From NCBI GenBank assembly GCA_028534125.1, contig CM052816.1, forward strand, positions 77,254,001 through 77,318,000: a stretch of DNA of 64,000 nucleotides. Direction: 5' to 3'. The notes under the pieces are model-generated. The model ran no database searches. It was not told the DNA's origin and saw only the letters and a program-made list of their open reading frames with translations. This document shows, one piece after another, positions 52,563 through 64,000 of this stretch. Origin of the DNA: Lama glama. Taxonomy: Eukaryota. The translations under genes were made by a program, and so were the position numbers. Position 1 is the stretch's first letter, and each line of letters begins with the position of its first letter.

Positions 52563-53582
52563 TTTTAGAGATAAGGCAGCCGAAAGCTCTGGTGAAGAAC
52601 TTGGTGATGATTGGGAGGGCATGACTTTTGTAATTAAGTGTTGGCAAAGGAAGGCAAGTATGGCTGTGTTAGTGAAGACATTGACGGAGATGGGGATTTT
52701 GGTCAATGCAGCAAGAAGAACCTTAAAGGTGGTCATACTGGTGTGACTGTGGGTCAGAAGAGGGTGGTGGGAGAGACTTCAGCTGGTCATACTAAGGCCC
52801 TGGATTAAGGGAGCAATGAACGTTAGGCAACCAGGAGGTGGGAAAACTTGCAGATTCTTCAGGAAGAGGGAAGATGTTGGTTGAACTTCGGGGTTCATGG
52901 AATGAAACATGGAGAGCATGGAGAAGGACTGGGAGGGGACGTGAATGCCACTTTTGAAGGACTAAAGAGTTATATTTGGATTGGACTGTTGAGGATAGCC
53001 AATAAGAAGGAGCTATCCTGGATAGGGTGGGACTCCTGGATGATAAGTCAATGGAATGAAAAGAAGAGCAGACTTAGCTTTGAAATCTCCTCAAGATTTA
53101 TGTAGCACTATAATTAATGTTTCATTAGTCATAGGTATTAAAGTAGGACCTTAAAAGTTATACTGCATTTCCTTCCACTCGCATAATATTAGTCGTATTT
53201 ACCTACCTCACTCTCCCTCCACAGATGAAAGAGGAGAAGGAGGTTAGAGAGGATGAGAGGGAGCAATTTCCAAAGCCGATGAGATTAGATCTGATGCCAC
53301 AATTTAAATCACATAATTCTAGCATTTAGGCTTGGAAGAGACCATCATTTTATCTGTGCTTTTCTGTGATATTCTCATATAGAAAGATCACTCATTATGC
53401 CTACACTGACAAAGGGAATTAAGGGCTTTTGGCAAAACAATGGATCATACAATATATATATTTTTTTGCATATACACAGTAAACTCTGAAACAAACAAAA
53501 AACAACTCAGAGACACTTTCTAGAATTGGTTCACATATTCACCAGCTTTTCCAGGTTTAGGGAGCAGATGACTTTATTTTTA
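52275..53582 (+). repeat. Diverged direct duplication: 52275-52526 and 53331-53582
   Basis: Two colinear ~252 bp copies, roughly 85-90% identical by eye. Confidence 0.95.
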
Positions 53583-56280
53583 TGGAGAATCAATAATTTT
53601 AAAGCAGAAGGTGATGTTACAGGGTTAGAAGTTATCTGGTCTACCAAATATCAACCTTAACAAAAACTATGGACTATAAGACTTTTGCCTTAACCAGTTC
53701 TAACCTTTAAAATGCCTTTGGCTAAATACAAGGAATGTTAAAGGATGCCTACGCTTCAATGTAAAAAAAAAAAAATCCATTAGCTTTCTATTTTCCCTTC
53801 TGATATATGTAAGTACCATTTTACCATCACTCATTCAGTAGAGTAGGAAATGTACTGTTATTTTATCATCTTGAAGTATTTCAGTGGAAATAAACCAATT
53901 GGCACTTGGAAAAAATTGTTGAAATGTGTTTAGAGAACCCTACACCGGGGTTTAGCTGTTTGCAGTCCAGGTCCCATATCACATTGCAAACAGGCTGCTT
54001 TTAGACTAGACTGGCTCAGCTTACTTTTTTTTTTTTTTTAACGTCATGGAAGCTGAAGGTTGAAAAAGCAAACAGAAAAAAAGAACAAAAAGAACATGCA
54101 CATTTTCTCCAGCTTAGAGATAAGCAGGAAACCCAAAGAACGTGTTCTTAACAATAAGACCTCAGTAAGAATGCCGAATAGAAATTCACCCAAATGCATC
54201 TGACAGAAGCCCAGGCAGGTGTCCAGGAGATTCTTGTGGTAAGCTGCTGAGTCATGCCCTGTGCCTCCTTTTCCTCATCTGTACATTGGGGATGTAAGCA
54301 ATGAAGCCTGGATCACCATGAAAGTATGATCTCATGTGTATGTTTTTAAAAAATGTTTATACATGCATAGGTTATTCCTGATAGCAGCATCCTCTTGAGA
54401 GACAGAGGCAGAACTGATGTGCAATCCCATGTCCTGAGTGGCAGGTTGAAAAACTTTGTTGCTTTCATCATGATCACCTTCGAGTCAGTTTCAAGTTGGC
54501 AACACTTGTTATCTGTACTACTGCCCCTAACCCCATGCACCTGACTCTGCCTGTCTTCTGACATTCCTGATTCTGCCACTGGCTTGCTGTGGGATCTACA
54601 GAAAGTTCCTTACTCTCTCTAGGCATTGCTTTCCTGATCTATCAAATGGAGAGGGATAGGTAGGTTCCTCTCTGGGGGCCCCTGTTCTCACATTCAATGA
54701 TCAAGATGAGTTATGAGTCGACTGTAGCTCACTGATCCTCTGTTTCACTCACTCTAGAATAAGGGTCTACAAATAGGAAGACATCTGTCTATGAAGTATG
54801 GTCTCATTTCTTTATATTATAAAGAAGATGCTTACAAATGAATACTTTTTTTTGAAGTGATATTTAAGACTTTGGAGAATGGAACTGGTGGGGATGTTGA
54901 GGGTGAATGAGGAAAGAAGCTTGCCTTGCATTGTAGTGTGTGTGGGAAAAAAGTGTCATGTGCAAGTTGAACTTTTCTATTAAAACTACTAATTAGTTCG
55001 AAACATCCAGATGGGATATGACCTGTGTTGTGTAATTAAAGAAGTTTCTAAATTACTTCCTGACTAGTAAGTCATGGGAAGTAATGGGTTGCCTCTAACC
55101 CAAACATCCCCCATGAGAGAAAGTTATCACTTGATGAGAAAGGTTTGAGCTTGGGAGTGGGACAGACAGGAGTGTGAAGCCTGGCTCCATCACCTAACAC
55201 GGACATTCAGCATTACAGCATTCAGCACCGTACCCTCTGAGCCTGTTTTCTCTCTAAAACATGAAAATAGTACCCACTTCATAGGTTGTTTGTAGAATAG
55301 AGAGTAGAAGCACTAGTTTTTATTACTATTTTAAAACAGTGGGTGCTGGAAGTACAGATAATTTGCACTATCTGGCAAAATGAGACTTCACTGTCTCATC
55401 CTGGATCTGCCTCAACATGGAAACTGATATTGATTGATTGATCTTACAAACACTTAAATTGCATTTGTTACAAGCTAGGCACTCTTCTAAATTCACCATA
55501 AATTGTAACTCATTCAGTCCTCATAAAAATCCTAGAAGGTAGGTCCTAGAATTGTCATCCACATATTACAGATGAGAAAATACCCAGAGAGGTCAAGTAA
55601 TTTGCCCAGAGTCATAGAACAGCAAGTGGCAAAGCCAGGACGGCAGTCCATGCACTGACCACAGCCCTGGTCCTAAACCCCTATGTGGTGCTGCCTCTGT
55701 GCAAAGCTGGAAATACAGCCCATGTCTTTTAAAATGCTTGTTCTTTTTGGGAGACTGTGCTGGATATCCAAGTCAGAGATGCTATTCTGCCCCTCCTCCC
55801 CTGCATGGGCCTGGGAGTTAAATAGGAACTAGTGAATTCATTTTCTTCTAGGCAAAACAGTATAAAAAGGGTCTATTCCCCCGGCCTTAGCAGTTGCCGA
55901 AAATGCCCCCCAAGGTCTCCAAGTTCCCAAGCTCAGGTGCTGTGTCATCACATTTGCAACTTTTACGTCTCAGATATTAAATTATGCTCGTGTTTACTGC
56001 ATTCAATAAACACGTACCAGGAGCCCACTGTATGTTTGGGACTTCCAGTGTCTACGGGAGAACTGCGTAAATGACCAGCACCTACCCTCAGAAAGCCTGA
56101 AGTATCGTGATTAAAGGCCACTAGGACATACACAGGAACATAAAAACAGCAGTAGGATAACAGCTGAAAAGTGTGAAGTGAGTTGAATTTAGGGGTGGGA
56201 TTCAGCCCAGGGAAGGCCATTTCCAAGCTAAGTCTGACAACAGTGATGACGTGAGAGAAGGACGTCCTGGAAGACTTGCT

Positions 56281-58140
56281 TTTCTTTTTTTTTTTTTTTT
56301 TTTACTTTTTTTATTGATTCATAATCATTTTACAGTGTTGTGTCAAATTCCAGTGTTCAGCACAATTTTTCAGTCATTCATGGACATATACACATTCATT
56401 GTCACATTTTTTTCTCTGTGAGTTATCATAACATTTTGTGTATATTTCCCTGTGCTATACAGTGTAATCTTGTTTATCTATTCTACAATTTTGAAATCCC
56501 AGTCTATCCCTTCCCACCCTCCACCCCCCTGGTAACCACAAGTCTGTATTCTCTGTCCATGAGTCTATTTCTGTCCTGTATTTATGCTTTGTTTNNNNNN
56601 NNNNNNNNNNNNNNNNNNNNNNNNNNNNNNNNNNNNNNNNNNNNNNNNNNNNNNNNNNNNNNNNNNNNNNNNNNNNNNNNNNNNNNNNNNNNNNNNNNNN
56701 NNNNNNNNNNNNNNNNNNNNNNNNNNNNNNNNNNNNNNNNNNNNNNNNNNNNNNNNNNNNNNNNNNNNNNNNNNNNNNNNNNNNNNNNNNNNNNNNNNNN
56801 NNNNNNNNNNNNNNNNNNNNNNNNNNNNNNNNNNNNNNNNNNNNNNNNNNNNNNNNNNNNNNNNNNNNNNNNNNNNNNNNNNNNNNNNNNNNNNNNNNNN
56901 NNNNNNNNNNNNNNNNNNNNNNNNNNNNNNNNNNNNNNNNNNNNNNNNNNNNNNNNNNNNNNNNNNNNNNNNNNNNNNNNNNNNNNNNNNNNNNNNNNNN
57001 NNNNNNNNNNNNNNNNNNNNNNNNNNNNNNNNNNNNNNNNNNNNNNNNNNNNNNNNNNNNNNNNNNNNNNNNNNNNNNNNNNNNNNNNNNNNNNTAACAT
57101 TTTGTGTATATTTCCCTGTGCTATACAGTGTAATCTTGTTTATCTATTCTACAATTTTGAAATCCCAGTCTATCCCTTCCCACCCTCCACCCCCCTGGTA
57201 ACCACAAGTCTGTATTCTCTGTCCATGAGTCTATTTCTGTCCTGTATTTATGCTTTGTTTTTGTTTGTTTGTTTGTTTTTGTTTTTTAGATTCTACATAT
57301 GAGCGATCTCCTATGGTATTTTTCTTTCTCTTTCTGGCTTACTTCACTTACAATGACAATCTCCAGGTCCATCCATGTTGCTGCAAATGGCATTATTTTA
57401 TTCTTTTTATGGCTGCATATTATTCCATTGTATAAATATATCACAACTTCTTTATCCAGTCACCTGTCAGTGGACATTTAGGTTGTTTCCATGTCTTGGC
57501 TGTTGTAAATAGTGCTGCCGTGAACATTGGCCTGCATGTATCTTTTTAAATTATAATTTTCTCCAGATATATGCCCAGCAGCAGGATTGCTGGATCATAT
57601 GGTAAGTCTATTTTTAGTTTTTTGAGGAATCTCCATACTGTTTTCCATAAGGGCTACAACAAACCCCACCACCAATTCCCACCAACAGTGTGGGAGTGTT
57701 CTCTTTTCTCCATACTGTCTCCAACATTTATTGTCTGTGGACTTGTTAATGATGGCCATTCTGACTGGTGTGAGGTAAGATCTCATTTTGAAAAAAAAAA
57801 GACACAAATGAACTTATTTACAAAACAGAAACAGACTCACACTTACGGTTACTGGGGGTTGGGGGACGGGTGGGAAGGGATAAATTGGGAGTTCCAGATT
57901 TGCAGATACTAACTACTATATATAAAATAGATAAACAAGTTTCTACTGTATAGCACTGGGAACTGTATTCAATATCTTGTAGTAACCTATAATGAAAAAG
58001 AATATAATGAATATGTGTATGTATATGTATGACTGAAACATTATGCTGTACACCAGATGTTGACACCACATTATAAACTGGCTAGGCTTCAGTAAAAAAT
58101 GAATGAAGAAAACTGTACATCCACTTTAAAAAAAGAAAAA
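56281..58140. mobile_element. Compound L1: antisense segment 56281-57790 plus sense 3' end 57791-58140
   Basis: Poly-T with young 3' UTR, then ORF2 end on the minus strand, then an older-type sense 3' UTR with an A-tail. Confidence 0.85.
56595..57094. other. Assembly gap (500 N) with duplicated flanks
   Basis: The sequence from taacattttg to gctttgttt is present both before and after the gap. Confidence 0.99.
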
Positions 58141-58739
58141 GACACTTCTGATGGTCACCTCCAATCTGAGGTTCGGTCTCTGGAAGTATTAGGGTACCAC
58201 AGCATCTCCTTCTCAGGGGTTAAATTGGTGACTATCCTTTTGTGAGAGATGGAGGTCGCTTCCTCCAGATGTGCTTCCAGAGCCGCTCAAGCCTGGGCCG
58301 GCCCCTTCTCTGTTCTCCAGGTCACCCAGGGCACATCTTTACCTTTATCCCTTGCACACATGTTATAAGGATCTGCTTAAGGGTCTTCCCCTGCCCTGGT
58401 GTTTGGAGGGACTGAGTTAAACCAGATCAAACAGATTCTGCTGAGAGACTTCCCTGAGCTCATGTGTATTGTCAACATGCTGCTTTCCCCAAACGTATTT
58501 AACCATAGATGCCTGTGTGAGGAATACCTTTTAATAACTCATGGGACTAGAATTCTGAAGAAGACAGCTTTAGAAGCCCTGGGCTAGCTTCAGAGAAGAA
58601 AGAAATCGTGAGACAGGGTACCCCCCGACCCAGGAGCTCTGATTTTAGTGGGAAAGTTAAAAGCGTCAACAAGAAATTACAATTCAGTCCATTAAGTGCT
58701 GGTTTACAGTTGTGTACAGGGAAGTGGTGGCACAAGAGT

Positions 58740-59620
58740 TTAGAGAAACAAGGAAAGGTCAGAGAAGGCTTCAAAGAGAAGCTGATACAAGAACCAAGTG
58801 TTCAAGGATGAGTTGGCATTCACCACGCGGAAGGAAAAGGGCATGCCAGCCAGCAGACACGCACGCACAGAGGTCTGGCATTGGAGTCAGCAGGGCTATT
58901 TGGGAGATTGCCCCTAGATGTAGATGAAGCATGAGGTACTACTTGGAAAATGCCTGTAAATAAACCTAGAAGGAAGAGGGCAAATCAGGAAAGAGACTGT
59001 GTGCCAGGCATTGTGTTTAAATTTTATCTGGCGGCGACCAGTGAGGAGTCATTGGACCGTGGAGTAAGATCATCAACTTCCTGCTTTGAAAAGTACCAAG
59101 TGGCATGGCGATTGGGAGGTTGTAAAACTAGACACAAGTGACTGGTCAAGAGACTGCTGGAATAGCCAGCTGAGAGATGATGGGGGATAGCCAAGAAATC
59201 GGCGGTGGAGAAGGACAAGTGTGAAAAGTGAACAAATGATTAAGAGGCAGAGTTGACTTAGGGATAAAGGAAAGAAGAGGAGTCGAAGAGGACTCTACAG
59301 TTTCTGGTTTGAATGACTGGGTGGCTGGTTGTATCATTACCAGGAGAGAGGGCACAGGCAGAGAAACAGAGTCAGTGAGAGCAGATGACAATGGCTTCTG
59401 TTTGGACATGTTGATTTTAAGGTTTTTTTTTTTGGCAGATATAGGTAGTATTACCGGTCTGGATTTTTGGGCTGGAGATATATGTTTGGGAGGTATCAAC
59501 CTAAAAATAGTATCCCAAGCTGTGGGAGTGGATGAGATCACCCAGCAAAGCAAAATAGGAAATGAAAAGAGGAGAGCCAAGTGCAGAACTCTGGAGAACA
59601 AATGCCAAGTGAACATGAAG
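58740..59620 (-). mobile_element. L2 fragments (antisense)
   Basis: Purine-rich antisense L2 motifs (tttggacatgttga, gggctggagatata, ggagtggatgagatcacccag). Confidence 0.65.
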
Positions 59621-61881
59621 GAGGAAGGAGGTCCTGGCTCAGCGATGTGGCAAGGCCTCCTGGAAACCTGGTCTGGAAATCAGTACCTATGTGTTATTCC
59701 CGATCCTCTAAAGGGTGCACTAACCCATGGAAGAGCTGTGCCATGGTCAGAACTCAGGGTCTGTGAGAGAAACCTTGAACTGACACCAAATCTGCCTGTA
59801 TTTTGCATCTCTCTCTCTTCCCATCTTTACTCCAGTCCTTCAAGTTTGCATCCTGATTGACTGGCCCCTCTAAAGTCAACCTTCCTGCTGTGTCCCCTAC
59901 TCTGCCTCTGTCCTTGTCTATTTCACCAGACGCATGTTGGTTCTCAGCATCCACCCAGGGCTGCTCCCTGCTTTGTGAAAGGGAGCCTGCCCTCAGTTCC
60001 AGAGGACCAGGTCCAAAGTGATCTGGAAAGACAACAGGGCTTGAGTCTTAGATTTGGAAGTCCTCTTTATCGGAGCCATCACTGAGACCATGAATGTCCG
60101 TTGTCAAGGGAGAGTTTGAAAAAGGAGAGGAGAGGGACAAAAAGAAATTTGAGTAAGCCTCTGCTTTCAGGGGACTAAGAGAGGAACCAAGCCAGCAACG
60201 GAGGCTATGAAGTAATATTCAAGAAGACTGACAAAGAGCCAAGAGAAAAGGTGGTATGGAAACCATGGGAGGCAACAGTAAATGAAGGTGCTGGATGCTG
60301 CAGCTTGCAGAAGGTGACTCAAGGAGAAGCCAGTGGATTTGGTGATGCAGAAGTCACAGACAGCTTGCTAAAGAGACGTGTCAGTCATGACAGGGTGGAG
60401 AATCCAAATCGTGGAAAGAAAAGGAAGTGGAGGCAAAAAGCAAGCACTTTCCAGAAGTTTAATGATAGAGGAAACAGTTTTAATTCATCCATTCATTTAA
60501 TTCTTAAGCCTCTACTCTATCCAAGGCACTAAGATGACCCCTCCCCCCATTTTTTAAGCATCTAAAGCTTCTTCTAACAACAAGGAGTCCGTGATCTAAT
60601 TGAGAAGGTAAGTTGCACATAAAAAGTTAACTGAAAATACGGGACATGGTGGAACTGTTTGTCATCTTCCCCACTCAGCCCTGTTCTCTCTGCTTTCTTT
60701 GTTTCTCCACCCCTCTGTGCTTGCACTTGCTCCCACAGCTTCAAGGACCACCTGTGACATAGCCTCTTCGTGTACTAAGATGACCGGAACCACGCCTTAG
60801 CCCCAGACCTGCTCTCCAATCTCCAGGTCCGCACCTCTGCCCACCGAGGTCTTCCATCTCCCCCGTCACTACTCTGCCCCATGGGTTCTGTTCTTGGATG
60901 GGTGATTCTGTTAGTCCTAGTGCCAGAACACTTACAGGCAAATACGGGGGCCTCTTGACCAAAAATGCTTATCTTAGCTCTAGGACTTAAAGGCAATGAT
61001 TTTCAAACTGTGTTAGATGGAGACCTCAGTGTGGCTCCTGGTGTATTCTCTACAGAGGAGACTGGAAAGGCCTTGTGTTTATACAACCTGTATCCCTGAC
61101 TCACTTTCTGCCCTTGCCTCTGTTTTTCCTGTGACTGGTTTCCAAGCGATGCTGTTTCTCTGGAAGCCTAGCTTTTCAGGAAGACTGTTTACTCTCTATT
61201 TCTTGGCCAAAATCTGGGTGAGGTTTAGGACCCAGAAAGGAACACAGAAGGGCACAGCTATTTCTCATCCAGGAAATCCGTGCTCCTCTCTGTAGACCGG
61301 GGATGATTATAACTATCTCACCGGGACTGAGAGGATGAACTGAGAGAGTGCACGCAAATTCTCTCGTGTTTTAACAAATAGGTACTGAGGGTCCACTATG
61401 AGCCAGGCATTGTATTGGGTGGGGATTGATGCCTGCCTATAAGATGCAGTGAATTATTACAGTAAAGTGGACACAATGCTGCAATCAGGGTAAATGACTG
61501 TTCTCTAAGGGAGCACACAGAAGGGATAAGCAGCCCGGGGTAGAGGGAGTTAGAGCTGCTGTCAGTCCTTCGTCCTTCATGAAGGAGCTACAGTTAGCCA
61601 CCCAATGGATGCTGGGGGAAGGAGAGGAAAGGGTCCAGCGAGGTGGGAGCAGCATATGAATGATTCACTGTGGCTGAGACCAAGAGTGATGAGTGGGGTG
61701 TGGTAGGAGCCGGGCTGAAAGTGTGCCTTCCACCTGGTATTTATATTTTATTCCGAAGGCAGTAAGAAACCAATCTTAAGTCCTAGAGCCACAGCCATCA
61801 ATTTGTCTCTTTGAAAGATTCCACCATGTAAATCCTGGACGTAGCTCTAGAAAGCATGTCAATCTAGATTCTAATCTAGAC

Positions 61882-62096
61882 CAGTGTCTCTCGACCTGTT
61901 TTTCATTATCATCTCCCTAAGGAGCCTTTTAAGACCTTTTTTCCCCAATCACTCTGCCTCCCATGAAACTTTAATATCACAAAAATGCTGTTTATCTGTT
62001 CAGATTCTATAGACCTATCTGTGCTTTATACATAAATGATTATGTGTCTTTGTTCCCCAAGAACCAATTTTTATCTCCTGGAAAGTGATCACCTCT
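61882..62096. mobile_element. hAT-Charlie MITE
   Basis: Starts CAGTGTCTCTC. 8-bp TSD-like flanks ATCTAGAC (61874) / CTCTAGAC (62097) fit the NTCTAGAN hAT target preference. Confidence 0.6.
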
Positions 62097-62234
62097 CTCT
62101 AGACTCCAGGTCAAGAGATGTTTGCCCATTCTCCCCAACTCACCTCCCTCTGCCCTCCCTCCTGCCTCCCCCACCTTCCCAAGCTCAGTATCCAGTTGTC
62201 ATTTATCAGAATCCTATCTAGATTCCCTCCAGTG

Positions 62235-62430
62235 CAGGGGTGCCCAAGCATTTGGGGCTGGATAATGCTTTTTTGGAAGGAGGAGGCTGTTCTGTGCTTT
62301 ATATAACATTGAGCATTTTCCCTGGCCTCTGCCTTTAGATGCTAGCAGCAGCTCTCCCTGCCCCCAGCCCCGGTTGTGACAACCAAAAATATTTCCAGAC
62401 ATTGGCAGTGCCCCCTAATTGAGAACTATT
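62235..62430 (+). mobile_element. MER20
   Basis: ttggggctggataat...tagatgctagcagc...gttgtgacaaccaaaaatatttccagacattg. Confidence 0.75.
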
Positions 62431-63405
62431 TATTTAGTGCTTTCGCTGCTGGTTCTTCAGCTCCTACAAAGCAATATTTGCAATTAGAGTGACAAATTTT
62501 TCAGCCCGGGAGAGACGGCATCCCTGGGCCAGAGAGAACCTGGAAGGGAAAGCCCTTGCCCCTTGCTCTGTAATCTCCTTGCCCTACAAGCTACTTCTGT
62601 GTCTTTCCTTTACGCAGCTCTGGACTCTCCAGCTCAGACCTCCAGGTCTTGAGTTGATAATCTCATTACGACTAATCCTGTTTACGGCCATTCTCTTGGC
62701 AGAACAATCTTGTCAGGTCCGAGGCTCTTCCCTTGCCCCCAGCTGTTCTCGCGGCTCCATTGTTCCTGGGGACTGTGGCCTGGCTGTGTATAAGCTCTCA
62801 TTGATAGGGCCTATCCTGTTTACGGGGAGTCTGCAGAAGGACCCCATCAAATACTTCCATCCCTTCCTTCAATAAATAGCTCTCTTTGATCCCTGCAAGG
62901 CCAAATCGTGTTTATCAAAAACTGGGCTTCCTCTAGCTGATGATGGGGACATCCTGGCTCCCCAAAATAATATTTTCAGGTTTCTCTTTTTGTGTGTGTG
63001 TGTGACTTTTTTTTTTTTTTTTTTGGCCAGGTATCTCTTTATGGCAAGGAAAGAAAGGGGCTGATTTTAGTTGTTGAAGCCCTGGGTAACATAAAGCTGA
63101 ATGGTTGCCTGCAGGTCACTGCCAAACAGGAGAGGAGGATGGGGCTAATGATCATATAAATATTTGGAACCAGGACAAGAGACAAGATTAGTGCTGGCCA
63201 GGTGAGATCCCTTTTCATGTTGTCAGTTTAAAGCTCCAAGTTATCTAACAAGGTGAGAAAGAGGTCATGGGTGTTAGTCATCTGAATAACAGGGTGGTAG
63301 GAGCTAGTTCAATTATGCGGATGAATGGTAAGTGGGATTTTACACTTTGTTAGCTTGGAAGAGGAGAGAGGTTCTTAGCCAGGTGAAGACAGGTTCTGTG
63401 TGCTG

Positions 63406-63782
63406 CAGAGGTTCTCAAAGTGTGGGCCCTAAATCCAGCAGGATCGCCTGAGAACTTGTTAGAAATGTAGATTCTCTGGCTCCACCCCAGATGCTGAATT
63501 GGCAGCTCTGGAGGTGGGACCAGCATCCGTGTGCCAACATGCCCTTCAGGTGATGTCAACGCACGCTAGTGTTTGAGGACCGCCTGTCTACCTCTGTCAT
63601 CCTCAAACTGCAGTGGACTTAGGAATCATGTAGGGAGCTGATGAGAGTGCAGATTCCCAGACCCTGTCCCTAAAGATACAGATCCACTTGGTCCAGGGTA
63701 GGCCCGGGGCAGTCCGCCTTGTTAATGAGTATCCCAGGGTGATTTGGATGCAGGGTCCAAGGCCCAAGCTTAGAGAAGCCCT
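63406..63782. mobile_element. MER5A/MER5B-like MITE pair
   Basis: cagaggttctcaaagtgtgg...aacttgttagaaatgtagattctc...caggtgat, followed by a second similar unit. Confidence 0.7.
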
Positions 63783-64000
63783 GACGTATACACAGCGGGG
63801 CAGTAGAAATTTTCCACAGAGCTCCAGTCCTGTTCTGAAGAGACTCCGCTCGCGGCTGAAAATGAGCAGGTATCACAATTCAGCTTCCCTTCCCAGTCAT
63901 TCCATGAAGCCGGCTACTAGGGTTACCTGTGGTGGCAGGTGGCTATTTTCAGGATTGCTCTCATACTAGAAGGTTCAACGGGCCCCATCGGTTCCTCTCA

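Noticed and set aside
56429..57260. Apparent ~165 bp tandem duplication and a 320-aa ORF
   Set aside because: Identical sequence on both sides of a 500-N gap indicates unmerged overlapping contigs.
59146..59860. 156-aa and 183-aa ORFs
   Set aside because: They lie largely in an antisense L2 remnant, with no splice or homology support.
1..64000. CRISPR array, operon or other prokaryotic-type system
   Set aside because: There is no regularly spaced repeat-spacer array and no gene-dense ORFs. The sequence is mammalian repeat-rich DNA.

Overview
Mammalian, repeat-rich, apparently intergenic or intronic DNA. It is most likely camelid (alpaca/camel), based on two tRNA-Ala-derived Vic-1-type SINEs and young L1 3' UTRs of the camelid type. 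I can support no protein-coding gene, true tRNA/rRNA or CRISPR array. The long ORFs in the track come from N-gaps, low-complexity tracts or decayed transposons. The window holds L1s of several ages (many with TSDs), L2, MaLR/ERVL/ERV1 LTRs, a degenerate ERVL provirus, a near full-length Tigger1, hAT MITEs and three assembly gaps. The most interesting structures are retrotransposon and repair events: (1) a TSD-flanked ~450 bp element joining an L1 5' UTR start to the L1 3' terminus at an AG, suggesting a spliced L1-derived SINE; (2) a ~250 bp local templated duplication that splits a MER20; (3) a chimeric young/old twin-primed L1; (4) a tiny twin-primed L1 sitting in a deletion of an older L1. 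Candidate regulatory motifs, non-B DNA tracts and possible non-coding exons are listed at low confidence. Repeat family names come from recognition by eye, not a database search, and boundaries of old repeats are approximate. I see no evidence of a new multi-gene system.
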